Under the pieces are notes generated by a model that searched no databases, was not told the DNA's origin, and was given only the letters and a program-made list of their open reading frames with translations. From Klebsormidium nitens (Eukaryota > Plantae > Klebsormidiophyceae), in the NCBI GenBank assembly GCA_000708835.1, contig DF236996.1, positions 30,397 through 94,396 of the forward strand: 64,000 nucleotides of DNA, in the 5' to 3' direction. Positions 34,300 to 46,374 of the stretch are shown one piece after another (position 1 is the stretch's first letter; every line of letters starts with the position of its first letter). Made by a program: the position numbers and the translations under genes.

Positions 34300-36216
34300 G
34301 TGGCAAGAAGTGCGGCATCAAAAAGCCAAGACTGAGTGCACTGAGTCGACGGGAGTATCACGCAGCGGCTAAAATTTGGAGCGGAATGTCAAAGCAGTAG
34401 ATCCAGATAAACGCAATAAAGTAGGTGAAACGAGGTCTGCAATTATAAAGGCCCAAAGGAGTAGAGCCTGCGATGAGTCAGTCAGGTATAGGAAGACAGT
34501 CATATGCCCGCCTAGTCAGACTCTTGAGAAACGAGTTCACAGCTAATGTAGGCGATTGGCATACGCATGCGCCAGCAGCCTTCTCGAGCACACTGAGAAA
34601 GCCGATACCTTTCGTTACATTGTTGTAGTCTCATGTATGTGTTGCATGAGACAAGACACGGATCAACAGCATCCGGTCAACTGCTGCGCGCCGCTTTTTA
34701 AGTTATGCTACCTTTTGAGTCGAAACCTTGATTGCGCTTACCGGACGTTTTCTTCTGTGAGTTGGCTTCTAGGCTGCAGCGAGCTGTATCATGCATGCCT
34801 GCAAACATACGTACAGCTGCCCGGTGGCGCATGCAACGTATCGCGTGTAGGGTAGTTGCTACTATAGCTTGATTGCTTAGGCATCACATGCCAAGGTCAG
34901 CTGTTGAACCTGTCGTTGATGCACATTTTGCAGGCGCGAGCTATGCATATCTTCGTTGCAAATTCACAGCATCAACTTACGACTTGCGGAATCATGAGGA
35001 TCCGGCACTGCAAATGCACATGCACGGCACACATGATTACTGCAAAAAGAAGAACTGCCGCCATGGGTCCGTGTTTCAATCGTTCTGAAACGATTATAAA
35101 GGCTAGAGCTTGGCCTGCGGCACTGATGTTCTCGGCGCCTAGTTAAACGAATCCGGCCAAGTTGATTATTGTACACACAATCTAGCTATGTTATGTTCTT
35201 GACCATCTTGCGCGTGTATGACGGTGGCACCATGCAATCAGGTGCATGCACGTGTCACAGGCCGGTCGCATACGATCGAAATAAGGTCCGTCTATCCAAG
35301 GTTCACTGAATTGCATGGAAAGCTTATAGGTCCGCCTGAGAACTGAAGCACGGCAATCGATCGAGTCGACGTCAACGTGCATTTTACCTTCAATATGCTC
35401 AAATTCAAGCTTCGTTCAAACATTTCAAATGCACGCGTCGGTTAGCCACATGAATCAATTACAGGAATTCCTCTTAATGTTGCTCCATGTTTTCTCCATG
35501 TTGAAAGTGTGATGGAAATTTGCAAGCATTGAAAGGTAGGGCACGTGGCTGCTCACTTCGCAAGGGACTGCGAGGGCTTATTCAACGAAGCATTTTACCG
35601 CTCTGCACAAGATGATTGAAGTCAGCGTTTTCTCAGCTTCTCCGTCAGTGACCGTACCCGCGCTTGAAGGATCATTAAACTCAAAAATGGTCAGCGTGCG
35701 TGCACTCTCGTTACAAAACCTGCTTTCCGGCTGTCGCTTCTACTCAGCAACTCAGCAGCCTATCGGACGTCACAAGCTCAACAATCTTCCTCTTTTTTCT
35801 CCACTCGATTGACCAACTCGAAGATATACAGAACTCTGCCTGATTCTACACCGCTTGAAAGGTTATCCAGCCGTTCTCGACACTGCGCCAAGCTCTGAAA
35901 CCCTCTTCTCATTCACAAGCCCTACTCAAAGTAATAGCGCGCGACAAAACTGGTTCAATGCTATTGACGAGGCCGCCAGTTGATAACAGCTCCCGGAAAA
36001 AGTGTCACTCTTACGCCAAAATCAGAATGTATGTAACGGACCCTCCGAAGAAGGCAAAGTAATCATACTAGCAAAAATGGAGCCCGGCAGAGACGACGAT
36101 CCCGGCTCGCGGGCCGTGACATTGAGGCCCAGGAATAGGCGGCTGAGAAGTGCACTCCGTGAACGCTAGATGTGTTCCTTGCCCGATAAGTGCGTAGGGC
36201 GCCCCGGGGGGAGTGC

Positions 36217-39200
36217 TTAAGTTGGACTGATCTCCAGGCTGTGTCGGCGGAGCTCCTCGGCGAAGTCCGAGCGACCGTGCACCTGGAAGCGGAGAGGAAG
36301 CCGAACCGTTATAAGAAATAAAACAACAACGAGGTATAAGAAATGAAACAACAACGAGGTAACGAAGCAGACGGGAACACCTTGCCAGCGCTTTTCAAAC
36401 GAGGAATCATGGTACTCCGTGCGCTGAACAGCGCATCCGCTCGACAGACTCCTGCCGCTAATGAAAGAGCTCCTGCAACAGGTGGACACTGCCACCGGCG
36501 TTCTTTGGGGGATCTGGGCGCGACTCCCTCGCTTTTCCATCCCTATCTCTGGACAGCGATTCTGATGGAAGCTTCGAGAAGCACAGTCATCGACAAGGTC
36601 TCTCAGATTGAACCCCCCAGGCTTCAATCATGCGGAAATTGCTTTGATTGCGCTAATCTTTGTGGCCTCACCTGTTCCGACTCGTTGTTTGCAGCCGGCG
36701 ATAGACCCCCGCTTGCTTTCGAACCCCCCGAAAAGCCCCCTCGAGCACCCGCTTCACTTCCCCCGGGCGCTTCTGCCCTCTCGACCGCAAAACTAGAGCG
36801 GCGACTTTCGGCCTCCTCCCGCACCATTTCCAACGCCCCCAAACCCTTCGATGCGGCGTCCACGTCCCCGCCCGGGGCGTCGCCGCGTCGCACCTCTTGA
36901 TTGGACCCCGCGGGCGCGCTCGCGTCCTTTTCCAGCGCGAGCAGGTCGTTGAAGCTGCTCCCGCGCTCCGAGCGCGCGTTGGCCGCAAAGGGGAGCACGC
37001 GCGCGTGCAGGTGCTGGCTGCGCTCGTCGGCGCTGCGAAACAGGGTTAAAAAGGTTAGCGTCGGAAGGTTTCGAAATCGGGATAGGTGACCGAAGCGCGC
37101 GTTGGCCGCGAAGTGGAGCAAGCGCGCGTGCAGGAGCTGGCTCCGCGCGTCGGCGCTGCGAGGCAGGGTTTGGAGGGTTAGCGGCGGAAGGTTTTGAAGA
37201 CCGGATACATGACCGGAGCGCGCGTTGAGCGGCCGCGAAGGGAGCACGCGCGCATGCAGGTCCTGGTTGAGCTCGTTGGCGCTGCGGGCCGAGTCAGGAG
37301 ATTCTGCGCGTCACTGCTTAGAACTTCAGCGTGGGATGTTTTGGGAGGCAGAACTGGTAAGGATTAGCATTGGGGAGATTTGGCGAAACTATTTCTGAAG
37401 AATGGGGGCTTCACGAATCTGCGTGGGAGGTTTTGACGATGGTGAAAGTGGGTCCAAAACCTGGGGGAAGACCTCAGAAGTCGTTTAATAGCGGAAAAGA
37501 GCACGCGCGTTCTACCTCCAAGATATCGAACCTATCAAACGGAGACGCGGATCCCAAAGCTTGAAGGATTCGAGACCCTAGATAAGCGAGAGAGGACGCG
37601 CGTTCGCGAAAGGATCTGGGAGCACCATCGCTGAATATATAGGAGAATGCACCGACACCAAGCGATTTCACAAGGCTTGAGAGGCGGCCTTCGAGTATGG
37701 CCGCGTGCGGCCACCGCCTTCACTCCGCTCGAGTTGTTGAGGTGCTTCGCTGGCTTCGAAGTTAGAACCCGAGACACGTCGTTTTAGGGATTGCTCACAG
37801 AGTTATCGTGAAGCGGAAACGAAACAATGCCAGATTTGCAATGAGGAAGGTAACGAAGACTGCGAACCAAAAAGGAGTTGATTCGACGGACCTGTATTCA
37901 CCGGCGTAGTACTCCTCCTCTGTGGAGGTGGGTCGCCGGTCCGCCGGGAAAAGCATGGAGCCCCACTGCGGGAAGTAGATGGGCAGCACGAACAGCGCGG
38001 CGACCATGACGACGATGCCCACAATCGAGATCCCGTCCTGCAAACAGTCAAGATGGTTAGAGCAGAACGTAGACATGGGGAAACAGAGGAGATCTTCGGA
38101 TTCCAAGGATGACAGGGCGGCGCCAACGCCGATTGTGCATACTGTCAACATCCGGTCCCTCATCAGAATGGTTTTCATTCCTGCCAAGTCTCTAACCTGC
38201 GGAGATTGAAACGGCGAAAACGAACAGCGCAACACGAAATGGCCGACGTACGACTGGAATCTGAGCTCTCTAAACTTTAGGTTTTTTCCCTGCCAGAACT
38301 TTCAGATAGTCATCTAAGAGCAGCAATGGAAGATAAGGGTATTGTTTCTAAGCGGATAACCTCGGGTGTCTTCTAGCTTTTTTCATGCGCGTCTCGAGTT
38401 CGAAGAGTGTAGGTAAACGCTGTACGGTGCATTCTCAACTGTGAATTCTCATCTGAGTAGGGACCGGGTTATCCGCGAAGAAGGTGGCCTCCACTATGGC
38501 GCTGCCCACTTCTCACCGGCGCTCTGAAGTATCTTATACGCTGCTAACGAGACCAAAACCCGTTTCAAAACCTGAGCCAGAGTCCTGGAGTATCCTCACC
38601 TGAGTAGGGACCGGGTTATTGGTGAAAAAGACTGCCTGCACGATGGCGCTGCCCGCATTCCCGCCGGTGCTCTCAACTCATGTCTTACCTTATAAAACTC
38701 CGCATCGAAACGAACGGAATGAAAACGCTGGTAACGAGACTCAAAACCTGAATCAAAGCCCTGCATCTTCACCTGAGTAGGGACCGGGTTATTGGTGAAG
38801 AAGATTGCCTGCACGATCGCGCTGCCCGCATTACCGCCGGCGCCCACGCAGCCCGACACGATACCCAGGCCGCGCCGCGAGATGTACGGAACGATGCCGA
38901 AGGTCGACCCGGACGCAAACTGCGATCGGGAATGGGGTTCACTTTAACGGGTTATGAAGTTTTGGGTTTGCATTCAGGGTTCCCGGTTCTGCCACGATGC
39001 CTAGGACGCGCTGGGGATCCGAACGCCACGGAACATTCCGAAGGTCGATCTAGAAGCGATTGCGGTCGAAGGCGGGCACCCCCTGATTGGCGTGGCGAGG
39101 GTTCTCGGTTTCCGGCTTCTAATCTGGATTCTCGGGTCTCATGCAAAAATCCTTGGGCTTTGACTCTGAAGCATTGGAGATCGCCTCATCTCAAGCGGAC

Positions 39201-42200
39201 TGGCGGCAAAGGCGACCATGTCTGAAGTCCAGGCATAGACTTGGTCATGATTCCAAAGCGCCTTTTTCTTCGCCTTTATCAGACGCCTTTTTGAATTGAA
39301 AGTGGGATGAATAGCTAGGAATCTAAGCTCTATCATTCTGCTACACACTAACCTTGCAAGCGTTCGCAAACGAACCGTCTCGGTTGAAACCGTCTATAAG
39401 CCCCTGCAAAGTCGGTTCCTACCGCGATGCATTAAAAGAGGGAGTGACTTTCGCCGACGTAAACGCGCTTCACATAATTTAGGAGAACAGTCTGCAATTC
39501 CCGTCTCCATATTAGCATTTCTGATCAATCATCGGCAGAAGGCTGCCGTGATCGATACGTGTGCGCACTGCGGAAAAGCTTTGAACAGGAGTATCTTTTC
39601 ATGCTCACCTCGGAGAAGCTGGCAAAAACGACCATGACGATCACGGCGGGAGTCAGAGACGACATCCGTCCGAACAGGATCATGAAGACCCCCTGGACCA
39701 TCATCAGCACGAACAACGTCCAAAGGCGTCCGCGCATGCCCCACCGCCGCGCGGCCATGTCCGAAAAGATGCTGCGGGGTAAGAGTGCCGGGTGTCATTG
39801 GAAGGTCGCAGCACGTGGCAGCGTGGCAACACGTGGCATCGAAATAAGCCCGCAGGCCCTCTCGAGGCTTTTGTGGTTCCAGTGGTTGAGCAAACAGCGG
39901 CTGATCTTTGAGGAAAGGTAATATCAAAAACGAAGATCAACGATAACGAGAAATGCTAATAGCTTACGCGGCCTCTGTGCGCGCAGACAATGATGATGAG
40001 GTCACGTAGGGGCGCGAGCATCCGGACGCCTCTCTCGATTCCGCCGTCTGGGCGATACACAAAGAAACCATCTCGGCGGATGCAAAAATACAGTGTTACT
40101 CCCAATGATAAGGATAAGGAAGAGAGTTGCGTACCCTCCCCCCGCGCGCGCGTATATGTTGATGATCCCAAAGATGGACGCGAGCATGCCGGCGCTCGTG
40201 ATGTCCAGGTTGAAGCGGTCGAAGAAGTAGGGGCTCAGGATGTTGTTCATCGTCAGTTCGATGCCGAAGCTGAAGGCGTACGTCGCGACCAGGCACCTGG
40301 GGACGTCCAAAGAAACGCTGGGTCACGATGAAAGTGCGAAGGATTCCGAGAATTGTGTGATTCATTTGCTCGCGGAAATGCTGGTAGATTCGTTTTCTCG
40401 TTCAGGAAGTGATCTTTTGCGTTGCCCAACCGCGACAGGATACAAAAGCGTAACTTGGACAGTTCAGTTGCTCCAAAAAAGGGCAAGCAGGCGTTCGGGA
40501 GACATCCAAAGGTCACCTTCCGAAGCACCCGGCTTCAGGGTTGGATTTAACATAACGTTTTGGAACAGTATTCCCTTCCGTGTATTGCTACGTTTAGAGG
40601 GCAATGGCATACCTTTCCACCAACCTGCAGAATCAGACCTCGCGGACTTTGATTTCTCAGAGGAAGGTCGCAAGGAAGCTGACCTAAACGCTGCAGGTTT
40701 GCATGAATTAAAAGCACGAGAAAGCCGTATTTTCCTTGTACGTGGTCGAGCCCCATTTCACCTTCTCGGCTCAAGCGTTCCAAGCCATCCAGCCAGGGCG
40801 GCCAGAATGCTTTCCTCTCCCGCTGGATACATATCGTACAAGTCACAAAGCACTAACTGTGTGTTAGGGTTACGCCCCTTCCCTGTGACGGTTTGCTAGG
40901 GTTACATCTCTTCCCTGTGACTGCTCTACGATCAGGGTTACCCCTAACGGCAAAGCCATTGGTCTTAGGTTCTTAAGCAAACACTCTTGCTTCTGAAGCC
41001 CGCTGTCAGCTCCCCATGTCGTACGGGAATATCGACGTTCCTGTAAACGCAAATTGGGAGGACAAGGCGGATACGTCGCTGATAATACTCACCACGTTCT
41101 GTAGTTGCTTAGACCAGTGATGAGCACCCGATGGCCCTTCTCTTTCACCTGCACAGGAATAGTGCACTATAAACTTTACACCTCGTCAACTATGGGGAAA
41201 CGGAACGAGCTACAAACCTACTCGTCATTAACAGAGCATAGGCCTGCAAGCTCGGGTCTAAGGAAGTTTCAAGACTTGTCAATTGGAACTGTTAGGGCAT
41301 CAACCAGTGACGGATATCTACTCTCCATTCCGTTCCCTTACTGTCTGGTCCATCTTAATCTTCGAGCCCTGTTTCTCCTTTAGATTCGTCTTTCGAACCC
41401 TTCGTTGTGTGGAATATGAGGTAGTATTGACCATCAATATTACCGTGCGAGCAGAGACATCAACGTGCGGATGACAGACACCATGAACACTGCTCGAGAA
41501 CTTTTGGGGCTTTTGTACCTGATTGGCATCAAAAGCGCAGAGTGCTAGAGATGTTTCATCTGCGAACACGTAAACCCAAAAACGGGTGCTTTCAATAACT
41601 CAAAAGCCCTCACCTTTTGCCCCGTTTTCCGCAGCTGCGCGTACTGCCCGTCAGGCAAATCTTGCGAGAACTCCAGGATTAGATATGCGGCGAAGACTTG
41701 CAACACGCCCGGGACGAAGAACACATAGCGCCAGGCCGCAAAGTCGGGCGCGCCAGCCATGCTGAAGAGGGCGAAGATCAGGGGCATGATAAATTGGGTT
41801 AGGCCGCCGCCGCTGTTGCCCCACCTGCAAAATACGGGTTAAGTTATCAGCTTTGAGCGATGACGATTTATATTCGAAGTGCGCCAGCCATGCTGAACAG
41901 GGTGACGATCAGGGGCATGATGAACTGTGGGATAGGCCGCCGCCGCTGTTGCCCCACCTGCGATACGGGTTAAGCAATTTTTTATGTTTAATTTGCGCCA
42001 GCCATGCTGAACAGAGCAAAGATCAGGGGCCTGAACTGGGGTGAGGCCGCCGCCGCTTTTGCCCCACCTGCGAATACGGTTTGGGTTTACTGGGTTAAGC
42101 GATTCACGACTGGAATTCGAAGTGCGCCAGCCATGCTGAACAGGGGGGCATGAACTGGGTTAGGCCGCCGCCGCTGTTGCCCCACCTGCAGACGCGGGTC

Positions 42201-44912
42201 CCAAGTTGAACTAAGTGACGCGACGACTCCTTTACCTTCGTGCAAGAAAGGGAGACGTTCCTCTGTCTACACTCCCCAGCCGAAATCTGTTCGTGCCATG
42301 CGAACCGTTATTGACGCACTTTGAGGGCTTCACCTCGCCGTGGCTTCGCAGAACGGCCCCCACAATCGTGCCGTTGAACATGAAGGTAAAAATGTGCAAT
42401 CATCTCTCTTTCGGTTCAAGAACGGAAGACAAGCTTCTTTGTCTGCATCCTCACTTTTGCCGGACGCACGACAACCAAGTACGAGGCCTCACCCCGCTGT
42501 GGCTCCGCAGGCGACCCCCACAATCTTGCCATTGAACATGACGGACGCCCAAAACTGCGTCGCCACGAAGACGCCCAATGAGAAGCCGATGCACATCCGG
42601 CAGATGATGAAGCCTGCGAGAGGACGGAACGAAGTCCGCGGCACGCAATCGTAACTTCTTTGAGTTCTGTTCACGACCCATTTGCGTTCTGCTTGTTCTA
42701 CGTTACGTCAAGCACGAAAAAGAAACGACGAAAAGCGGCGACGTACGAAGCGCTGGTAACTGGCACATCCCGCAGTACAATCTTAACCGTTCAAGCAGAA
42801 AGTTTCGTCTAGCACGCGGTGGGAACCCTAAGCATACATCTGGGGCGCTGCCCTCGACGCGGATGCATTCGGTGTGCCCATCATCAATTGCCTGCTTACT
42901 AGAAAACAATCCTAAATTCTCCGTATGGCAAGGCACGCTACAGTTGCATCATCCGTGCAGACAGTTCCAAAGGGAACAACTAGGATGGATCAAATTCGGA
43001 TGTCGCACCTGTGGCGTTGTCAACGGCCGCCATGCTAAAAGTGGCTGGGGCGGTCAGCAGCATCAGGAAGGCGTGCCCAAACCGGGGACCAATGGAGTCG
43101 CACAGACTGCACAAGAAGGTATACCGATTGCGGGTTGGTTCGTGTGAATTGAAAACCCAAAACGTCGAAACCCTGAAACCTAATACCCTACTTAGAGCCC
43201 AGGATTGTACGGAAGACAGTCCAATCGCATGATGCTGACGAGGTGTACTAAGTTACTGTTGCTGGCGTTTAGCGGTCTGGATTTTCCAGACATGTTCGAC
43301 GAATCCTAGCAACTAATTGAGCCCCTCATGTCTATGCTGAGGACTTGCTTTCAAATCTGCAGTGACACTTTGGAATAGCACAAACTGACTGCTGCGTTCC
43401 ACTGAGCATCTGACCTGAATCTTTGCCGCAAATCTGTCAACTTTCGGAAGCATCAATTTTCATAACCCTCAAAAGCGTTACCCACGGAAACCACACTCGT
43501 TCAAACCCACCTGCCCATAAGGAGACGCGCAAAGATGGTCCCAGTAACGGAAGCCACCGCGGCGTTCCCCAGATCTTTCGAGTCCATGTCGAGATTGTCA
43601 CGGATGATCGGGATCAGGGGGGTCGCCGCGAACGTCGCAAATTGCGAGCAGAAGAATGAGAACCAGGAGAGATGGAACGCGCGCATGTGGGGCTTTGCCA
43701 CGCTGAGGAGCTTGATGCGGCGGGCCTGAAAGTGGGGCCAACAAATCAAAGTCAGGAAAAGACAAGACATGAGAGTTGAGATATGGGAAGTTTCAGGAAG
43801 AACGTCGTCAGACGCCGACCTGAGTTGGGGTTTCGGGTGAGTTTGGTGCGGAGCTGGTGACGTCATGGGTTAGGGGTTCTGTGTCAACATCCGGGCTTGC
43901 CACTTGAAATCATAAGCTTTCTATTTGTCACTGATCACGTCATCAATGTAAAAGACACGAACAGACGTTTCGTGCCGTCCACACGCTCTGCTCCAAGCAC
44001 AAGTACCTACTCCTATGCTGCCGAGTTTGGTTGCTTTGGTTCGACAACTGACAGAGTGCAAGCTTCCCTCAAGCATTTACGCGTCTAGTTGTTTGAAGGC
44101 ATCTGCAGGGCGGACCTTCGACACAATCGTTATTCTTGAGCTCGTCCGTATCAGGGTTGAGTGGCGGCTGGAAGCGTGTCTAGGATGCGGAACTAATCAA
44201 AGTCACGTTGGGATAGGATTCCAGATCGGTACGGTCAGAATCGGCAAACACCACCCAGAACCAATAATCCTCAAGTGCCGATATTCTGAAGTCAAACGAT
44301 TGACTTCAATAATACCATCTCTTTGTTGGCCCCCGGCAACTTCCAAGCCTCTGCGGTTCGTTTGCTTCTGGACATAAGTCTCACCTTATGCTCGCTGTCC
44401 ACTGGCAGATCAAAGCCGGAAGAAGAACTTTCATAGCTGGTCCCCCGTTTAGTCATGGCCATAGCCATCACCGGCTCCCTGCAAACCCCCTTGCACTTTT
44501 TTTCAAACGAGGAGCCAATCCATACCCGCATAGGAGCGGCTATTTGCTACCCAACATAAAATGGTGAGGGAAGGCTGATCAACGAAAACGAGCAGCGGGG
44601 GATCAAGGTTGCTAATCTTGGATCCTTGTAAGGGTTGAGAGTGAACGAACTTGTTTGCACAGAACAATAGCTTCCGCCTGAACAACTTCATCCATGACAG
44701 AAAGTAGGGTAGTCCCTACCGAGTCTAAACAGCCTCGGTCTCTCTATCTGGGCAGACTTTTGACAGCATGAAGAACAGCCAGAGTAAAAAAGATCAGCAA
44801 TCGACACTTCCATCTGCAAATTCGGATCTCACCTGCCAGTAACTCCTCGCATCGAGTCTCCAGGGTCCCCAGTCGAGTCCCGCCCAATTGCAACCCCCGT
44901 CACGTCCGCCAT
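36217..44912 (-). CDS. NRT2: High-affinity nitrate transporter NRT2 (MFS, nitrate/nitrite porter family), ~639 aa, 13 exons
   Basis: Exons 44833-44912, 44385-44478, 43511-43725, 43009-43106, 42493-42613, 41614-41824, 41093-41148, 40135-40296, 39609-39771, 38773-38919, 37892-38037, 36672-37032 and 36217-36282 (1920 nt). Motifs include [74 protein letters not shown] and [10 protein letters not shown]. Confidence 0.97.
37033..37290 (-). repeat. Two upstream tandem copies (123 and 126 bp) of the NRT2 exon 12 acceptor plus first ~20 codons
   Basis: CGCAG|CGCC acceptors with exon starts at 37281, 37155 and 37032. The frame is open across all three. Confidence 0.92.
38445..38670 (-). repeat. Two copies of the NRT2 exon 10 3' end (one intact donor, one mutated)
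   Basis: ctcacctgagtagggaccgggttattggtgaa (38596) and ctcatctgagtagggaccgggttatccgcgaa (38448). Confidence 0.92.
41860..42200 (-). repeat. Three copies of the NRT2 exon 6 acceptor plus WGNSGGG start
   Basis: CAG|GTGGGGCAA.AGCGGCGGCGGCCT with starts at 41957, 42067 and 42185; the real exon starts at 41824. Confidence 0.95.
42330..42390 (-). repeat. Degenerate copy of the NRT2 exon 5 3' end
   Basis: cacctcgccgtggcttcgcagaacggcccccacaatcgtgccgttgaacatga mirrors caccccgctgtggctccgcaggcgacccccacaatcttgccattgaacatga. Confidence 0.85.
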
Positions 44913-46350
44913 CAGGCCGTCAGAATAGTCCTCAGAGATCTTCGAAATCAAAAGTCCAAAAGATTGCCCAGACAAGAAGTTTGAACTATTGGATGAAGGT
45001 TGAAGGTGCAGGCGCCCCCAGAACTCGTTCTACGAGGACACCAATAGGAGCTTAAGAAGGGGTTTCTGGCTGGTTCTGGCAAGCAAAATGACGTTTCTGG
45101 ATCGACTATGCTGTAGCTTGAAGGAACCAACCGATGATGTGCCTCCCACTCTTTCCACTCACGTGCAGGACTGGTGTTCACCAATAACCGCTTAGCAAGA
45201 GTCTTAAAAGCTGCTTTGACATGCTGACTTAATCGACTGTAGACAGCACTGTTTCCCTGGAACTACGCCGCGCAAGTGACGTCCTTTACAGAAACTCTAT
45301 CAATACGAAGAAGGGACTATTTAATTGAGGTTGATGAGCTGCCTCCTTGCCAGGCCAGAGCTGTGATCAGGTCATCCCCCTGTCCAAGCTGTTGCACTGC
45401 TTGCTGTCACCGATGTCGTGATGTCAACAACCACTTCCAGGTTTCTCTGCTTCTGGCACCGTAACGCAGTGTTGAACTGTAGGCTGAGGCAGGAGGCAGA
45501 AGAGTTTCTTGGCACAGCTGAGTTGCGCTGTTATGAGATCTGGGAGGAAACTAGACTGAAGCGCGCCCTTAGAGTTGTATACTAAACTGTTCTGGCACTG
45601 CGAGCATTCAACCAGTCATGCGCTAGCGCTCGTGTTGAACAGACTCAACAAAAAGGCTGCAAAACTAGTGACAAGACTTTCTGAGCTTTCTTATACCTTT
45701 CGTTCTCCTCATCATATGCAATGTGATCGCAGATCTTCACTACTGAAAGCTGCCAGCTCTCATATATTATGCTTCTCTTGCGAGCGGTGAAGATCTCTGC
45801 CCTGTAAAATCTGGTGCTTTTGTCGCATTGCAGGGTAGCTAGCAGAAAAGCAGCTTAGCGTGGCAGCTTCGCGAAGTTTGCAGCACTCTTGAATGCATTG
45901 TCTCGGGACTGTGTAGTGTAGTGCAGTGCAACGTAGATCTCCCTTCCAGTGGCGCTAGTGCTGATCTTCTATACTCTGTCGCCCCACGTGGATACTAAGA
46001 TGAGTTCACAGCAGTGGTAGCTGCCGGGGATTGGATCAGCAGCTAGCTGGGCTATTATAAAGAGATACATCATGTGCGCAGCTTCTGTTCCCTAAAAGGT
46101 CCACTGTGGGATCCCATGTGACTCCACCTGATCCACATGGTCACCAGACCATGTGAACAGCTCGCGCCTCACAACAGTGCGGAAAGGTTCAGAAGGATGC
46201 TAGACGACCGTGCTGACATTTGGCACCTCTACAGCGTGGCACACGTTCGCTGCCCTGGCCGCGGCCTCAGCGGAAAAGTACTTAATCCAAATCATTATAT
46301 GCGCGAAAGAGATCATATGTCGACGCAAATCTGTCAAACTTTTAGAAGAC

Positions 46351-46374
46351 CCCTAAAACCCTAAAACCCTAAAA
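46351..46374 (+). repeat. Interstitial telomere-type repeat (CCCTAAAA)3
   Basis: Three exact units. TTTTAGGG is a known green-algal telomere motif. Confidence 0.85.

Noticed and set aside
35666-35677. GAAGGATCATTA, matching the 18S rRNA 3' end
   Set aside because: Only 12 nt match, with no flanking rRNA or ITS sequence.
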